Source of the DNA: Thermoplasmata archaeon
GTDB taxonomy: Archaea > Thermoplasmatota > Thermoplasmata > RBG-16-68-12 > JAFNFQ01
DNA: 64,000 nucleotides
Direction of reading: 5' to 3'
Assembly: GCA_041489255.1 (NCBI GenBank)
Contig: JBGPQV010000001.1
Location: forward strand, 1 to 64,000
In this document: in pieces, positions 38,169 through 47,410 of the stretch
Layout of the letters: each line of letters opens with the position of its first letter
How positions within the stretch are numbered: the first letter of the stretch is position 1
The notes under the pieces: generated by a model
The model's database searches: none
What the model was told of the DNA's origin: nothing
Seen by the model: the letters and a program-made list of their open reading frames with translations, nothing else
Translations under genes and position numbers: made by a program

Positions 38169-38963
38169 TCACTTCTTCTTGCCCTTGAGGCTCTTGAACA
38201 GGTCGAAGGCCTCCTTGGGAGTCGCCTTATCGTGGACTATCGACCTGACCGCCTTGATCATCGGAATCGGGTTGTCATTCTGCCAGATGTTGCGCCCCAT
38301 GTCCACCCCGACCGCACCTTCGTGGATCGCGCTGTAGGTCATCTTGAAGGCGTCCATCTCCGTCTCGAGCTTCGGGCCGCCGGCGATGACCAACGGCACG
38401 GGGCAGCCTTCGACGACCTTGGTGAAGTTGTCGCAGTAGTAAGTCTTGACGACGTGCGCGCCGAGCTCGGCCGCTATCCTGCAGCTCAAAGCAAGGTATC
38501 GCGCATCCCGCTTCTCCAGTTCCTTGCCGACCGCGGTGACCGCGAGGACCGGCATCCCGACAGACTGCCCCTCCGTGACCATGTTAGAGAGGCTGAGCAG
38601 CGTCTGCCGCTCGTGAGGGGTGCCCACGAAGATCGACAGGGCGACCGCCGCGGCGTTCAGCCTCAGCGCCTCGACGATCGGGGTCGTGATGCCCTCGTTC
38701 GCCAGGTTCTCCCCGATGACGCTCGTGCCGCCGGAGACTCGGAGCACGATCGGCGTGCTCGTGTCGGCTCTTATGGAGGATCTGAGGACTCCGCGCGTGA
38801 GCATCACCGAGTCCGCATATGGCAAAAGTGGCTCGATCGTCTTGCGAGGGACCTCGAGCTTGCTGGTCGGACCGAGGAAGTATCCATGGTCCACCGCCAG
38901 CATCACCGTCCGTCCGTCAGGCTGAATTATCCTGGAAATCCTGTTCTTCATTCCCCAGTCCAT
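38169..38963 (-). CDS. lsrF: LsrF-like thiolase / class I aldolase (DhnA family)
   Basis: MDWGMKNR, MLAVDHGYFLGPT, AELGAHVVKTYYC, IAGGPK, GVDMGRNIWQ. Confidence 0.85.
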   Translation of the reverse strand: MDWGMKNRISRIIQPDGRTVMLAVDHGYFLGPTSKLEVPRKTIEPLLPYADSVMLTRGVLRSSIRADTSTPIVLRVSGGTSVIGENLANEGITTPIVEALRLNAAAVALSIFVGTPHERQTLLSLSNMVTEGQSVGMPVLAVTAVGKELEKRDARYLALSCRIAAELGAHVVKTYYCDNFTKVVEGCPVPLVIAGGPKLETEMDAFKMTYSAIHEGAVGVDMGRNIWQNDNPIPMIKAVRSIVHDKATPKEAFDLFKSLKGKKK

Positions 38964-39083
38964 TTCCATCCGCCATCCTCTGTCGGCGCTTCATCCCACC
39001 TGAGGGTCGCACGATATTTGAATGTTGTTGGCTTCTAGCGCGCGCCGGAACATGGTTAAATATCGCCCTGCATTGACAACGAG

Positions 39084-39317
39084 GTGATTGTCACGGCGAA
39101 GAAATCCTACTCGACGAAGAACTTCGCGAAGCAGCAAGCGCGTTCAGCGAAGATGATGAAGAAGAAGGCGGCGGCATTGGAAAAGGCATCGAAGCTGAAG
39201 TCGAAGGCCGCGAAATTAAGGGCCAGGGCGTCGAAGATACGAGAAGATCTGAGGAAGGTCGAGGAGAAGGCGAGTCGCCTCGAGATGAAGGCGGCGCAGC
39301 TCGAAGGCCGCCACTGA
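39084..39317 (+). CDS. Small highly basic coiled-coil protein (77 aa)
   Basis: GAGGTG context; TATA GTTAAAT upstream; KASKLKSKAAKLRARASK heptads. Confidence 0.7.
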   Translation: MIVTAKKSYSTKNFAKQQARSAKMMKKKAAALEKASKLKSKAAKLRARASKIREDLRKVEEKASRLEMKAAQLEGRH

Positions 39318-39354
39318 CGCAATGGTTAAATGGCCGCCTCAGGATTGTAGCGCG

Positions 39355-40275
39355 ATGGCGGTGTGTTCCGCTCCTGGCAAGGTAATCCTTTTTGGAGAAC
39401 ACGCGGTCGTTTTCGGTGAGCCAGCGCTGGCGGTTGCCATCGACCTCAGGACGGAAGTCACAGTCGCTCCCGCAAGTGAATGGTCTGTAGATCGTGGGTC
39501 GGTTGACGACGCACACCACAAGTACGTCAGAATGGCGGTGGAGGCCTCCGGAACAAAGGGCCCCCTCCGCATAGCGATCAAGTCCGGAATCCCGGAGAGT
39601 TCAGGAATGGGATCCTCTGCGGCGGTGACCGTGGCGAGCTTGGGCGCCATGCATGCGGTCCGTGGCGGTGTCAAGCCCGAGATAGTGGCCAAGGAAGCCT
39701 TCGATGTGGAGCATTCGGTCCAGGGGCGGGCCAGCCCGATAGACACCAGCACCAGCACGCACGGCCATGCGGTGCTCGTCCTCAAGGAGAGGGGGACTGA
39801 TTTTCTATGGCGGATGCAGAGGGGAGACCGCCAATGGTATCTGCATCACCGCGACATTCCACCGATGACCTTTGTCGTTGGCCATACGGGCGTGGAAGCC
39901 GCCACCGGACCGCTTGTCGAGAAAGTGAAGGCGTTCTCCGACAGGAGCGCAGAGGCTCGCAAGATGATCGCCGACATCGGACAGATCACTCTCGATGGCG
40001 CCGAGGCGATACGAGACAAGGATTGGGCGGCCGTCGGAAGCCTGATGGATCGGAATCACAAGCTCCTCAACGCCCTAGGAGTGGGCCATGATAAACTTGA
40101 CGAGCTCATAGCCGCCGCCAAGCCTTTCTCCTACGGCGCCAAGCTGACGGGAGCGGGAGGCGGCGGGAGCATGATCGCCCTCACCGACAAGCCAGATGAG
40201 GTGGCGCGTGCAATCGAGGCTGCCAGAGGCAGGGCGTTCAAGGTATTGACCGGGCAGCGCGGAATGGAGGTCTAG
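39355..40275 (+). CDS. mvk: Mevalonate kinase
   Basis: SAPGKVILFGEHAVVFG, P.SSGMGSSAA, QGRASPID, KLTGAGGGG. Confidence 0.93.
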   Translation: MAVCSAPGKVILFGEHAVVFGEPALAVAIDLRTEVTVAPASEWSVDRGSVDDAHHKYVRMAVEASGTKGPLRIAIKSGIPESSGMGSSAAVTVASLGAMHAVRGGVKPEIVAKEAFDVEHSVQGRASPIDTSTSTHGHAVLVLKERGTDFLWRMQRGDRQWYLHHRDIPPMTFVVGHTGVEAATGPLVEKVKAFSDRSAEARKMIADIGQITLDGAEAIRDKDWAAVGSLMDRNHKLLNALGVGHDKLDELIAAAKPFSYGAKLTGAGGGGSMIALTDKPDEVARAIEAARGRAFKVLTGQRGMEV

Positions 40276-40280
40276 ATCCG

Positions 40281-41603
40281 ATGAGGCTGGCGCACAAGAT
40301 ACTCAGCCCTAGAGAGGAGGCTGAATTGCCGCCGCGTCCCGTGGTCAAGAAAAGGGGGCTCCTCCTTGTTAACGCAGGTGAAATCGCCACGATGGCGGGA
40401 CACGACAGACCGCGCCGCGGCGAGCAGATGAAGGATCTCGCCCTCATCCCCGAGGGAGCGATATATGCATTGCAGGGAAAGATCGTCGAAGTCGGTGATT
40501 CAAGGACACTCGAAAGGAAGTACTCCGGTTCATCGACCGTCATCGACGCTGAAGGGGATATCGTAGTTCCGGGCTTCGTGGACCCTCACACGCACCTAGT
40601 GTTCGCCGGGTCCCGGGAGAATGAGCTGGAGCTGAAGCTCAAGGGAGCCACCTACCAAGAAATCGCGGCATCTGGCGGCGGTCTGCTGAGCACGGTCGCC
40701 AAGACCAGAGCCGCCACAACAGAACAGCTCATCAGCGAGGCCTCATCGAGGCTTAGCGGAATGCTGGAGGAGGGCACGACGACCGCCGAGGCCAAGAGCG
40801 GGTATGCCCTCGATTCCAACGGAGAACTGAAAATCCTCGCTGCGACAGAGACCCTGAGCGAGCGGCAACCGGTACATCTCGTCCCGACATTCCTGGGCGC
40901 GCATGCTGTCCCGCCAGAGTTCGAAGGGAAGGCAGACGCCTATGTCGACCTGCTGGTCAATGAGATGCTGCAGCTTGTCGCGCGCAGGACGGCTGCGAGG
41001 TTCTGCGACGTCTGGGTGGAACAGGGATACTTCAGCGTCGAGCAGGCAAGGCGGCTGTTGCTCCAGGCGAAACTTCTGGGGCTGACCCCGAAAGTCCACG
41101 CGGATGAGCTCACCGCGTGCGGCGGCGCTGAACTTGCGGGAGAGATGGAGGCTGCATCGGCGGACCATCTCATCCACGTATCAGATGGCGGTCTGGAGGC
41201 GATGAAGAATGCAGGCACCGTCGCCGTGCTCCTTCCGGCTGCCTCGATGTCCTCAAGGCTCCCCTATGCCGATGCGAGGAAGATCATCGCCGCAGGCGTG
41301 CCAGTTGCGGTGGGCACCGACCTCAATCCCGGCTGTTGGGTCGAGAGCATGCAGTTCGTCGTCTCCTTGGCGGTGCATCAGCTGAGGATGACTCCCGCCG
41401 AGGCGGTGACCGCGGCGACGATCAATGCGGCGCATGCCATAGGTCTCGCCAGGGAGGTGGGAAGCATCGAGCCAGGGAAGAGCGCGGACTTCGTCGTCCT
41501 GGACACAGACAAACTTGGCCAAATCGGATACAGGTTCGGGAGGAACATGGCCGAGGTTGTCGTGAAAGCGGGCAATGTCATCGTCGACAGGCGGGCTCGC
41601 TAG
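40281..41603 (+). CDS. hutI: Imidazolonepropionase
   Basis: PGFVDPHTHLVFAGSR.NE, EAKSGY, FLGAH, HADEL, TDLNPG. Confidence 0.93.
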   Translation: MRLAHKILSPREEAELPPRPVVKKRGLLLVNAGEIATMAGHDRPRRGEQMKDLALIPEGAIYALQGKIVEVGDSRTLERKYSGSSTVIDAEGDIVVPGFVDPHTHLVFAGSRENELELKLKGATYQEIAASGGGLLSTVAKTRAATTEQLISEASSRLSGMLEEGTTTAEAKSGYALDSNGELKILAATETLSERQPVHLVPTFLGAHAVPPEFEGKADAYVDLLVNEMLQLVARRTAARFCDVWVEQGYFSVEQARRLLLQAKLLGLTPKVHADELTACGGAELAGEMEAASADHLIHVSDGGLEAMKNAGTVAVLLPAASMSSRLPYADARKIIAAGVPVAVGTDLNPGCWVESMQFVVSLAVHQLRMTPAEAVTAATINAAHAIGLAREVGSIEPGKSADFVVLDTDKLGQIGYRFGRNMAEVVVKAGNVIVDRRAR

Positions 41604-41644
41604 CTATTTTATGCCCCCTGGCATGTACCCTGCATCGAGAAAGA

Positions 41645-42928
41645 TTGACCGAGAAGATACTGGCGCTCTCCATACTTCTACTGGTCTATGTGCTGATCCT
41701 TTCAAAGAGGGTCCACAGGACGACCGCCGTCCTCCTTGGCGCCATCCTTGTGGTGGGCCTCAGGCTCCTTGACGAGCGCGGGATCATTGAGGCGATACAG
41801 TGGGAGGCATTGGGCCTGATATTTGGGATGTTCGTCATCGTAGCGGCCCTAACCAAGAGCGGTTTCTTCAGGTGGGTGGGCCTGCACGCGCTGAAGTGGA
41901 GCCGCTTCCGGCCCTTCAGGATCCTCGTGGCCTTCTCCGCCCTGTCCGCCATCCTTGCCGCCTTCATGGACAGCATCACTGTCATGGTCTTCATGGCCTC
42001 GCTGACAGTCGAGGTGTGCGGCATCCTGAAGCTCCACCCCGGCCCTTTCCTCATCGCCGAGATCACTTCTGCGAATATCGGCGGACTCTCGACGATGGTC
42101 GGCGACCCACCGAACATCATCCTTGGGACCAGTTTCGGGTTCTCTTTCATGGACTTCGTCGCGAACACCGGCGTCATCGCCGTCATCGCGTTCTTCGTTA
42201 ACCTGGGGGTCTTGGGCTTCATGCTGAAGCGCCGTGGCGAGGTCCGGATGCAGGTGGACGCGGAAACACTGGAGAAGGAGCACGCCGAGCTTGAGCCCTC
42301 GTCCGCAATCTTGGACATGAGGCTAATGCGAATCTCGTTGATGATCTTCGCATTCACCGTCACGCTCCTAATCCTGCATCACGTGCTCGACATCCTCATC
42401 GCCTTCGTGGCGGTCCTCGGCGCCACGCTCGTCCTCATGCTTGGCGGGAAAGACATGCCTGAACTCGTCGAGAAGATCGACTGGCACACACTGCTGTTCT
42501 TGGCGGGGCTCTTCGTCGTGGTAGGAGCGCTGGATAAGAGCGGCGCTCTCGCGGATGTTGCGGCGGGAATGGCGTGGATTGGCGGGAACAACTTGGCGTT
42601 ACTCCTGACCGTCATCCTCTGGGTCTCCATCCCGCTGTCGATGTTTCTAGACAACGTGCCTTTCGCCGCCGCCATGGTGCCGGTTCTGAGGGGGCTTGCC
42701 GCAGACGGGGTTGCCCCGCTTGCCCCGATGACCTGGACCGTCGCCGTAGCAGCTGACATCGGAGGGAACGCGACGCCAATCGGCGCCTCCGCCAACGTTG
42801 TCGGCCTGGCGATCGCCGAGAAGCACGGTATTCACATCGGGTGGCGGGAGTACATGCGGTTGGCCCTTCCCGCCATGCTCCTCTCAATCCTCGCCGCCAA
42901 CATCGTGCTCGTGATCATCCATCACTAG
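41645..42928 (+). CDS. ArsB/NhaD (ion transporter superfamily) permease
   Basis: ANIGG..T.VGDPPN, LDNVP, GGNATPIGASAN; ~12 TM; TTG start at 41645. Confidence 0.88.
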   Translation: MTEKILALSILLLVYVLILSKRVHRTTAVLLGAILVVGLRLLDERGIIEAIQWEALGLIFGMFVIVAALTKSGFFRWVGLHALKWSRFRPFRILVAFSALSAILAAFMDSITVMVFMASLTVEVCGILKLHPGPFLIAEITSANIGGLSTMVGDPPNIILGTSFGFSFMDFVANTGVIAVIAFFVNLGVLGFMLKRRGEVRMQVDAETLEKEHAELEPSSAILDMRLMRISLMIFAFTVTLLILHHVLDILIAFVAVLGATLVLMLGGKDMPELVEKIDWHTLLFLAGLFVVVGALDKSGALADVAAGMAWIGGNNLALLLTVILWVSIPLSMFLDNVPFAAAMVPVLRGLAADGVAPLAPMTWTVAVAADIGGNATPIGASANVVGLAIAEKHGIHIGWREYMRLALPAMLLSILAANIVLVIIHH

Positions 42929-43039
42929 GTTGTCGCCATCATCACCTTTTGCCCTGCCTCCGCGACCAGTGAAAGCAGCAGCATGGATACAAGAGCCAGC
43001 GGAATGAGGGATGGTGTCCGTTTCATTCTGGACGTCATC

Positions 43040-44110
43040 TCACGACAAAGTCACGTCGCGGAGGACCATCTGAGACTTGACCTTGACGCCGTCCCCTATG
43101 ACGCAGTTGACGAGCCCCGCCCCGTCCATGACTTCGCATCCGCTCCCGATGACGCTGCCCGAGACCTCGGTCCCCTTCCCCGTCACCGAGAAATCCATGA
43201 TGAGTGAGTCCTCTATCGACGCGCCTTGGCCGACCGAGACGCCGTCGTGGAGGCATGACCTCCTCACGACCGCCTCGTCGCCTATCTTGACGTCCCGGCC
43301 GAAGTAGCACGGCCCTTCTATCGTCACACCTTCGCCCGCGCCCACAGGCCCTCGCGCCAGGATCCGCCCCGAGGCATTGAGCCCCGGGATCGAATTCTCC
43401 TTCCCCCTGCGGTTGACCATCTCGATGTTCGCCCTCATGAGATCCGCCGGGCGGCCTATGTCCATCCAAACGCCTTTGATCTGCATTCCGTATAGAGGAA
43501 TCCTGTTGGAGAGGAGCTTGGGGAAGAGATTCTTGGAGAAATCGAACATCTCACCCTCGGGGATGAACTCCACCACCCTTTTCTCGAGCACGTATATGCC
43601 GGCGTTGACGAGCCTGGAGAACGCCTCCTCCCTCTTCGGCTTCTCCTGGAACCTCTGTATCCTCCCTTTCTCGTTGATCGCCGCAATGCCATACTGCGAA
43701 GGATCGTCAACCTCTGTGAGGGCGATGGTCACCGCCGCTTTCCTTTCCTTGTGGAACTCCACCAGCGACCCTATGTCGACGTCCGCCACTATGTCGCCCA
43801 TCGCCACGACGAACGTGCCGTCGATGAACTCCTCGACCCTCTTGACCGCCCCGGCGGTCCCCGCCGGCGTCTCCTCGAAAGAATAGACTATGGATGCATC
43901 GTATTCCAGCCCGTCCCCTATCGACTTTATAAGCTTGTCTGAGAGGTGGTGAGTCGCGATGATTATCTTCTTGATGCCCGCCTCGACGAGCGACCTGAGC
44001 ACATAGTCGATGCACGGTCTGTCAGCGACCGGCATCAATGGCTTCGGCCTGGTGCTGGTCAGGGGCCTGAGGCGCGTACCCTCGCCCCCCGCCAGGACGA
44101 TAGCCTTCAT
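43040..44110 (-). CDS. NDP-sugar pyrophosphorylase (mannose-1-P guanylyltransferase-like)
   Basis: LAGGEGTRLRPLT..RPKPL, EKP, NAGIY, WMDIG, C-terminal hexapeptide beta-helix. Confidence 0.92.
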   Translation of the reverse strand: MKAIVLAGGEGTRLRPLTSTRPKPLMPVADRPCIDYVLRSLVEAGIKKIIIATHHLSDKLIKSIGDGLEYDASIVYSFEETPAGTAGAVKRVEEFIDGTFVVAMGDIVADVDIGSLVEFHKERKAAVTIALTEVDDPSQYGIAAINEKGRIQRFQEKPKREEAFSRLVNAGIYVLEKRVVEFIPEGEMFDFSKNLFPKLLSNRIPLYGMQIKGVWMDIGRPADLMRANIEMVNRRGKENSIPGLNASGRILARGPVGAGEGVTIEGPCYFGRDVKIGDEAVVRRSCLHDGVSVGQGASIEDSLIMDFSVTGKGTEVSGSVIGSGCEVMDGAGLVNCVIGDGVKVKSQMVLRDVTLS

Positions 44111-44979
44111 CCCTTCAGCTCCACCTTCCCATGCTTGAGCAACCGCTGCAGCTGCTCGTCGGCGACCTCGTCGAGTTTCTTCTTGTCGGTGAGGGCCTTC
44201 CTGACCGATAGGTTCTGCTGGCGGATGATGTCCTTCGCCTCCCGCCTCTCGCGCCTCTCGTCCTCCTTCGTCTTGAGGACGGTCCTGCGCATCTCCTGCG
44301 CCCGCTCATGGTAGGCGTTCGCCTTCTCCCTGAGCTCCAGGAAATCCTTGTGCTTCTTGTCCGCCTCGGCGGTGAGAGTCGCGATCGCGCTGAACGCCTT
44401 GACGACCTTCTCGTGCATCTCCTGCGCCTTATTGGAAAGCTCGACCACCAGCTTGTGCTCCTCGTCCGCGGTCTTGAACAGGTCGTCTATCTGCTCGTTG
44501 ATCTCGCCGACGTTCCTGGACGTCTTGACGTTCTCGTCCTCTATCTTCTCCAGGTCCTTGAGCTCGTGGTATGTCTTGCGGATGTCGTCGATTAGGGCGT
44601 TCTCCTTCGCAATCGTCAGGGGCGTGGTCTGCTGCTTCATCTCCATTTCATCGAAGTTCCTGCGCAGCTGCCTGAGGTCGTCCACAATCATGACGTTCAC
44701 TTTGCCCCTCATCTTCCTCTTGAGCTCGATGAGGTCGCTTGCCTGGTTGTGCAGCGAGTTCCTCTTCTGCTTGTGGACGCGCATCTCCTTGACGAACGAG
44801 TCTCTCTTCCCCTTGAAATCCCTCATCTTGTCGGCGGTTTCCCGCCTCTGATCATGGAGGAGGTCCCTCTCCTGGCGTATCGCGTTGGCCTCCTCGTTGA
44901 GCTGGTCTCTCTTGTCGAGCAGCGAACTGAGCTTGACCTCCGCCTTCTCCAGCTCATTTGGTGTCTTCTTTCTAGGCAT
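44107..44979 (-). CDS. Archaeal coiled-coil protein (COG1340-like), paralog of 16129..16998
   Basis: KRDQLN repeats, EMKQQTTPLT, ADEEH. Confidence 0.85.
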   Translation of the reverse strand: MPRKKTPNELEKAEVKLSSLLDKRDQLNEEANAIRQERDLLHDQRRETADKMRDFKGKRDSFVKEMRVHKQKRNSLHNQASDLIELKRKMRGKVNVMIVDDLRQLRRNFDEMEMKQQTTPLTIAKENALIDDIRKTYHELKDLEKIEDENVKTSRNVGEINEQIDDLFKTADEEHKLVVELSNKAQEMHEKVVKAFSAIATLTAEADKKHKDFLELREKANAYHERAQEMRRTVLKTKEDERRERREAKDIIRQQNLSVRKALTDKKKLDEVADEQLQRLLKHGKVELKG

Positions 44980-45082
44980 CCAGAATGCCCTCGGGTCGGT
45001 GAGGTTCTGATGAAGTGGTGGGGAATTAAGCTTTCGCTACGGGTATCGCCTCGAAATCGCGTAAAAAGCCCCCTTTCGACCC

Positions 45083-45907
45083 CTAAACGGGCTCGGTCCC
45101 TTGCGCGGTCCAGAGTTCATCCGCCAGCTTTCCCATCTGCTCCGGCTCCAGCTCTTCCGGCCTCATTCCCCCGAATCCCGAGGATTCTACCGCCTTCTTC
45201 ACCGCTTCCCTGCTTGCGGCAAACTCCCGCCAATTCAGCAAGAGACTGTTCTCGATGGTCTTCCGGCGATGCTGGAACATGCGGTCCACCATGTTCGAGA
45301 ATAATCCCTCATCCCTGACCTTGAACGGAGGCTTCCTTGGCCTCAATGACAATATGGACGAGTCAACCTCCGGCGGGGGATAGAAAGCAGAACGGGGCAC
45401 TCTCTCAATCACCTCGGCCAGGGCCCGATAATACACATGGACCGACAATCGAGAGTAGCCCTCCCCACCCCTCTTCGCGACCATCCTGTCGGCGAACTCC
45501 TTCTGGAACATGAGCACGGCCCGGTCGAACTTGTTCTCCAGCAACCTGAACGTGATCGGCGAGGAAATCTGGTAGGGAAGGTTCGAGATGACGACATCGA
45601 ATTGCGGAAGGTCGACTTTGAGAGCGTCTCCTTCAATGATGCGCACGTCAGGGACTTCCCTCTCCAGAAATCGACAGAATCGCCGATCCTTCTCGATGGC
45701 AATCACATTCCGCGATCTCTCGGAGAGGATGCGTGTGAGCACTCCTAGGCCGGGCCCTATCTCCAAGACCCGTTCATTCCGCCGAATCGCCGCGAACTCC
45801 ACCTGCCTGTGCGCGACCCTTTCATCAACGAGGAAGTGCTGTCCGAACCTCTTGTCAGCCCTCACCCCGAGCGAGCGAAGGACATCGCGCACCTCCGACG
45901 CGTTCAT
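45083..45907 (-). CDS. rsmA: 16S rRNA adenine dimethyltransferase
   Basis: GQHFL, LEIGPGLG, SNLPYQIS, MFQKEFA, F.PPPEVDS. Confidence 0.95.
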   Translation of the reverse strand: MNASEVRDVLRSLGVRADKRFGQHFLVDERVAHRQVEFAAIRRNERVLEIGPGLGVLTRILSERSRNVIAIEKDRRFCRFLEREVPDVRIIEGDALKVDLPQFDVVISNLPYQISSPITFRLLENKFDRAVLMFQKEFADRMVAKRGGEGYSRLSVHVYYRALAEVIERVPRSAFYPPPEVDSSILSLRPRKPPFKVRDEGLFSNMVDRMFQHRRKTIENSLLLNWREFAASREAVKKAVESSGFGGMRPEELEPEQMGKLADELWTAQGTEPV

Positions 45908-45977
45908 CGCCGCACAATCCTATCAGTGGCTTAACTCTTCTCGCCAAGCTTTTATATCCGCCAACGAATCAAGCCGT

Positions 45978-46280
45978 GTGCCAATCGATTTGGCGAGCCT
46001 AGCTCTCGACCAGACGAGCGACGCGGGCCCATTCACATGCGTCGTCATCATTTCAGTGGTTGGGCTGATACTCCTCCTTCTCCTCGCAATGTATGCTTAT
46101 CAGAAATATGTCGCCAGCAAGAGACCGATACAGCATCTATGCGACTATTGTGGGCACATGGTCAATGTCGTCTCCGACTGCCATCACGCCCCGGTCAAGG
46201 AGAAATTCCTCCATGGCATCTGCCGGGACTGCAAGAAGGAGTGTCGCCTGGTCTGTGCAAGATGCAAGAGACCGGTCTAA
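45978..46280 (+). CDS. Small single-TM protein with Cys-rich Zn-binding tail
   Basis: GTG ~24 nt after TTTTATAT; TM helix then CDYC, CHH, CRDC, C, CARC. Confidence 0.72.
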   Translation: MPIDLASLALDQTSDAGPFTCVVIISVVGLILLLLLAMYAYQKYVASKRPIQHLCDYCGHMVNVVSDCHHAPVKEKFLHGICRDCKKECRLVCARCKRPV

Positions 46281-46339
46281 AGACTCCTCAGTGCGGGAAG
46301 GACAGGCTCAAATACGCCGGCGGGAATCGATTGGCTCCA

Positions 46340-47410
46340 ATGGCGGTGCATGACAGACCGTACGGCTCATTCTACATCGGCAGGCTGCCGAAAGGTTGTG
46401 CACAGTGCGAGAAAGGCGGCAAGATGGTCCTCTTCACCACTGGACTCTGCCCTTTCAGCTGCTACTACTGCCCAATTTCCTTGGAGAAGAAGGGCAAAGA
46501 TGTGGTTTTTGCCGACGAAATGCGCGTGAGGCGGGAGGCGGACATACTCGAAGAGGCCGAGGCAATCAGCGCCACCGGGGCGGGAATAACCGGCGGGGAT
46601 CCTCTTGCCGTTATTGACCGCACATCGAGATACGTGCGCCTGCTGAAGAGAGAGTTCGGCGACAAGTTCCACATCCACCTATACACCATGGGGACGGATC
46701 TGAAGAAGATAGCCAGACTCAGCAAGGCTGGCCTGGATGAGATTCGGTTCCACCCGCCATCGCGGCTCTGGAACCGCATGGGAAGAAGCGGGTATCCAGC
46801 CGCCACCGCCGCCGGCCGCGACAACGGCATGCATGTCGGCTTGGAGGTCCCGCTCATCCCGGACATGCGCCCCGAGGTCGTCGCGCTGATCGGATGGGCG
46901 GAGGTGAACGACCTCGACTTCGTGAACCTTAACGAGATGGAATTCTCCGACACGAATCGAGGACGACTCAGAGCGAAGGGATACAGAGTCGGGCGGGGGA
47001 AATCATATGGAGTCGCAGGCAGCGATTGCGCAGCCAGAGACATCCTCTCGCGCAATTAGGACATCACGGTCCATTATTGCACCTCGGCCTACAAGGACGG
47101 CTGGCAGCTCAGGGAGCGCATCAAGAGGAGAGCGAGGAATGTCAGTCAGCCATGGGACGTCGTGACGAAGGATGGGACGCTCGTCAAGGGCGTCATCGAA
47201 TCAGGCGACCTGAAAAAAGTCATGCGCGATTTGCTGCGGACCTACAGCGTCCCTCGAGGGCTAATCTGGCTCAACCGGGAAAGACACCGCCTCGAAATCG
47301 CCCCCTGGATCTTGGAAGAGCTCGCGAGCAGTCTAGAAATGGAAGCCCACATCATCGAGGAGTATCCGACTGCCGACCATCTCGAGGTGGAGAGGCAAAG
47401 GCTCGCCTAG
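46340..47410 (+). CDS. Radical SAM protein (COG2108-like) interrupted by one in-frame TAG at 47057-47059
   Basis: LPKGC..C..G.K, CPFSCYYC, GITGGDP; same frame continues after TAG with VHYC...KD..QLR..; second part matches ORF 47162..47410. Confidence 0.85.

Noticed and set aside
39355-40275. Mevalonate kinase as unusual for Thermoplasmata
   Set aside because: Its absence is specific to Thermoplasmatales; MVK is ordinary in other archaea.
13838-47410. Genome-wide TAG reassignment
   Set aside because: Several conserved genes (mat, panE, mvk, hutI) end at TAG at their normal C-termini.
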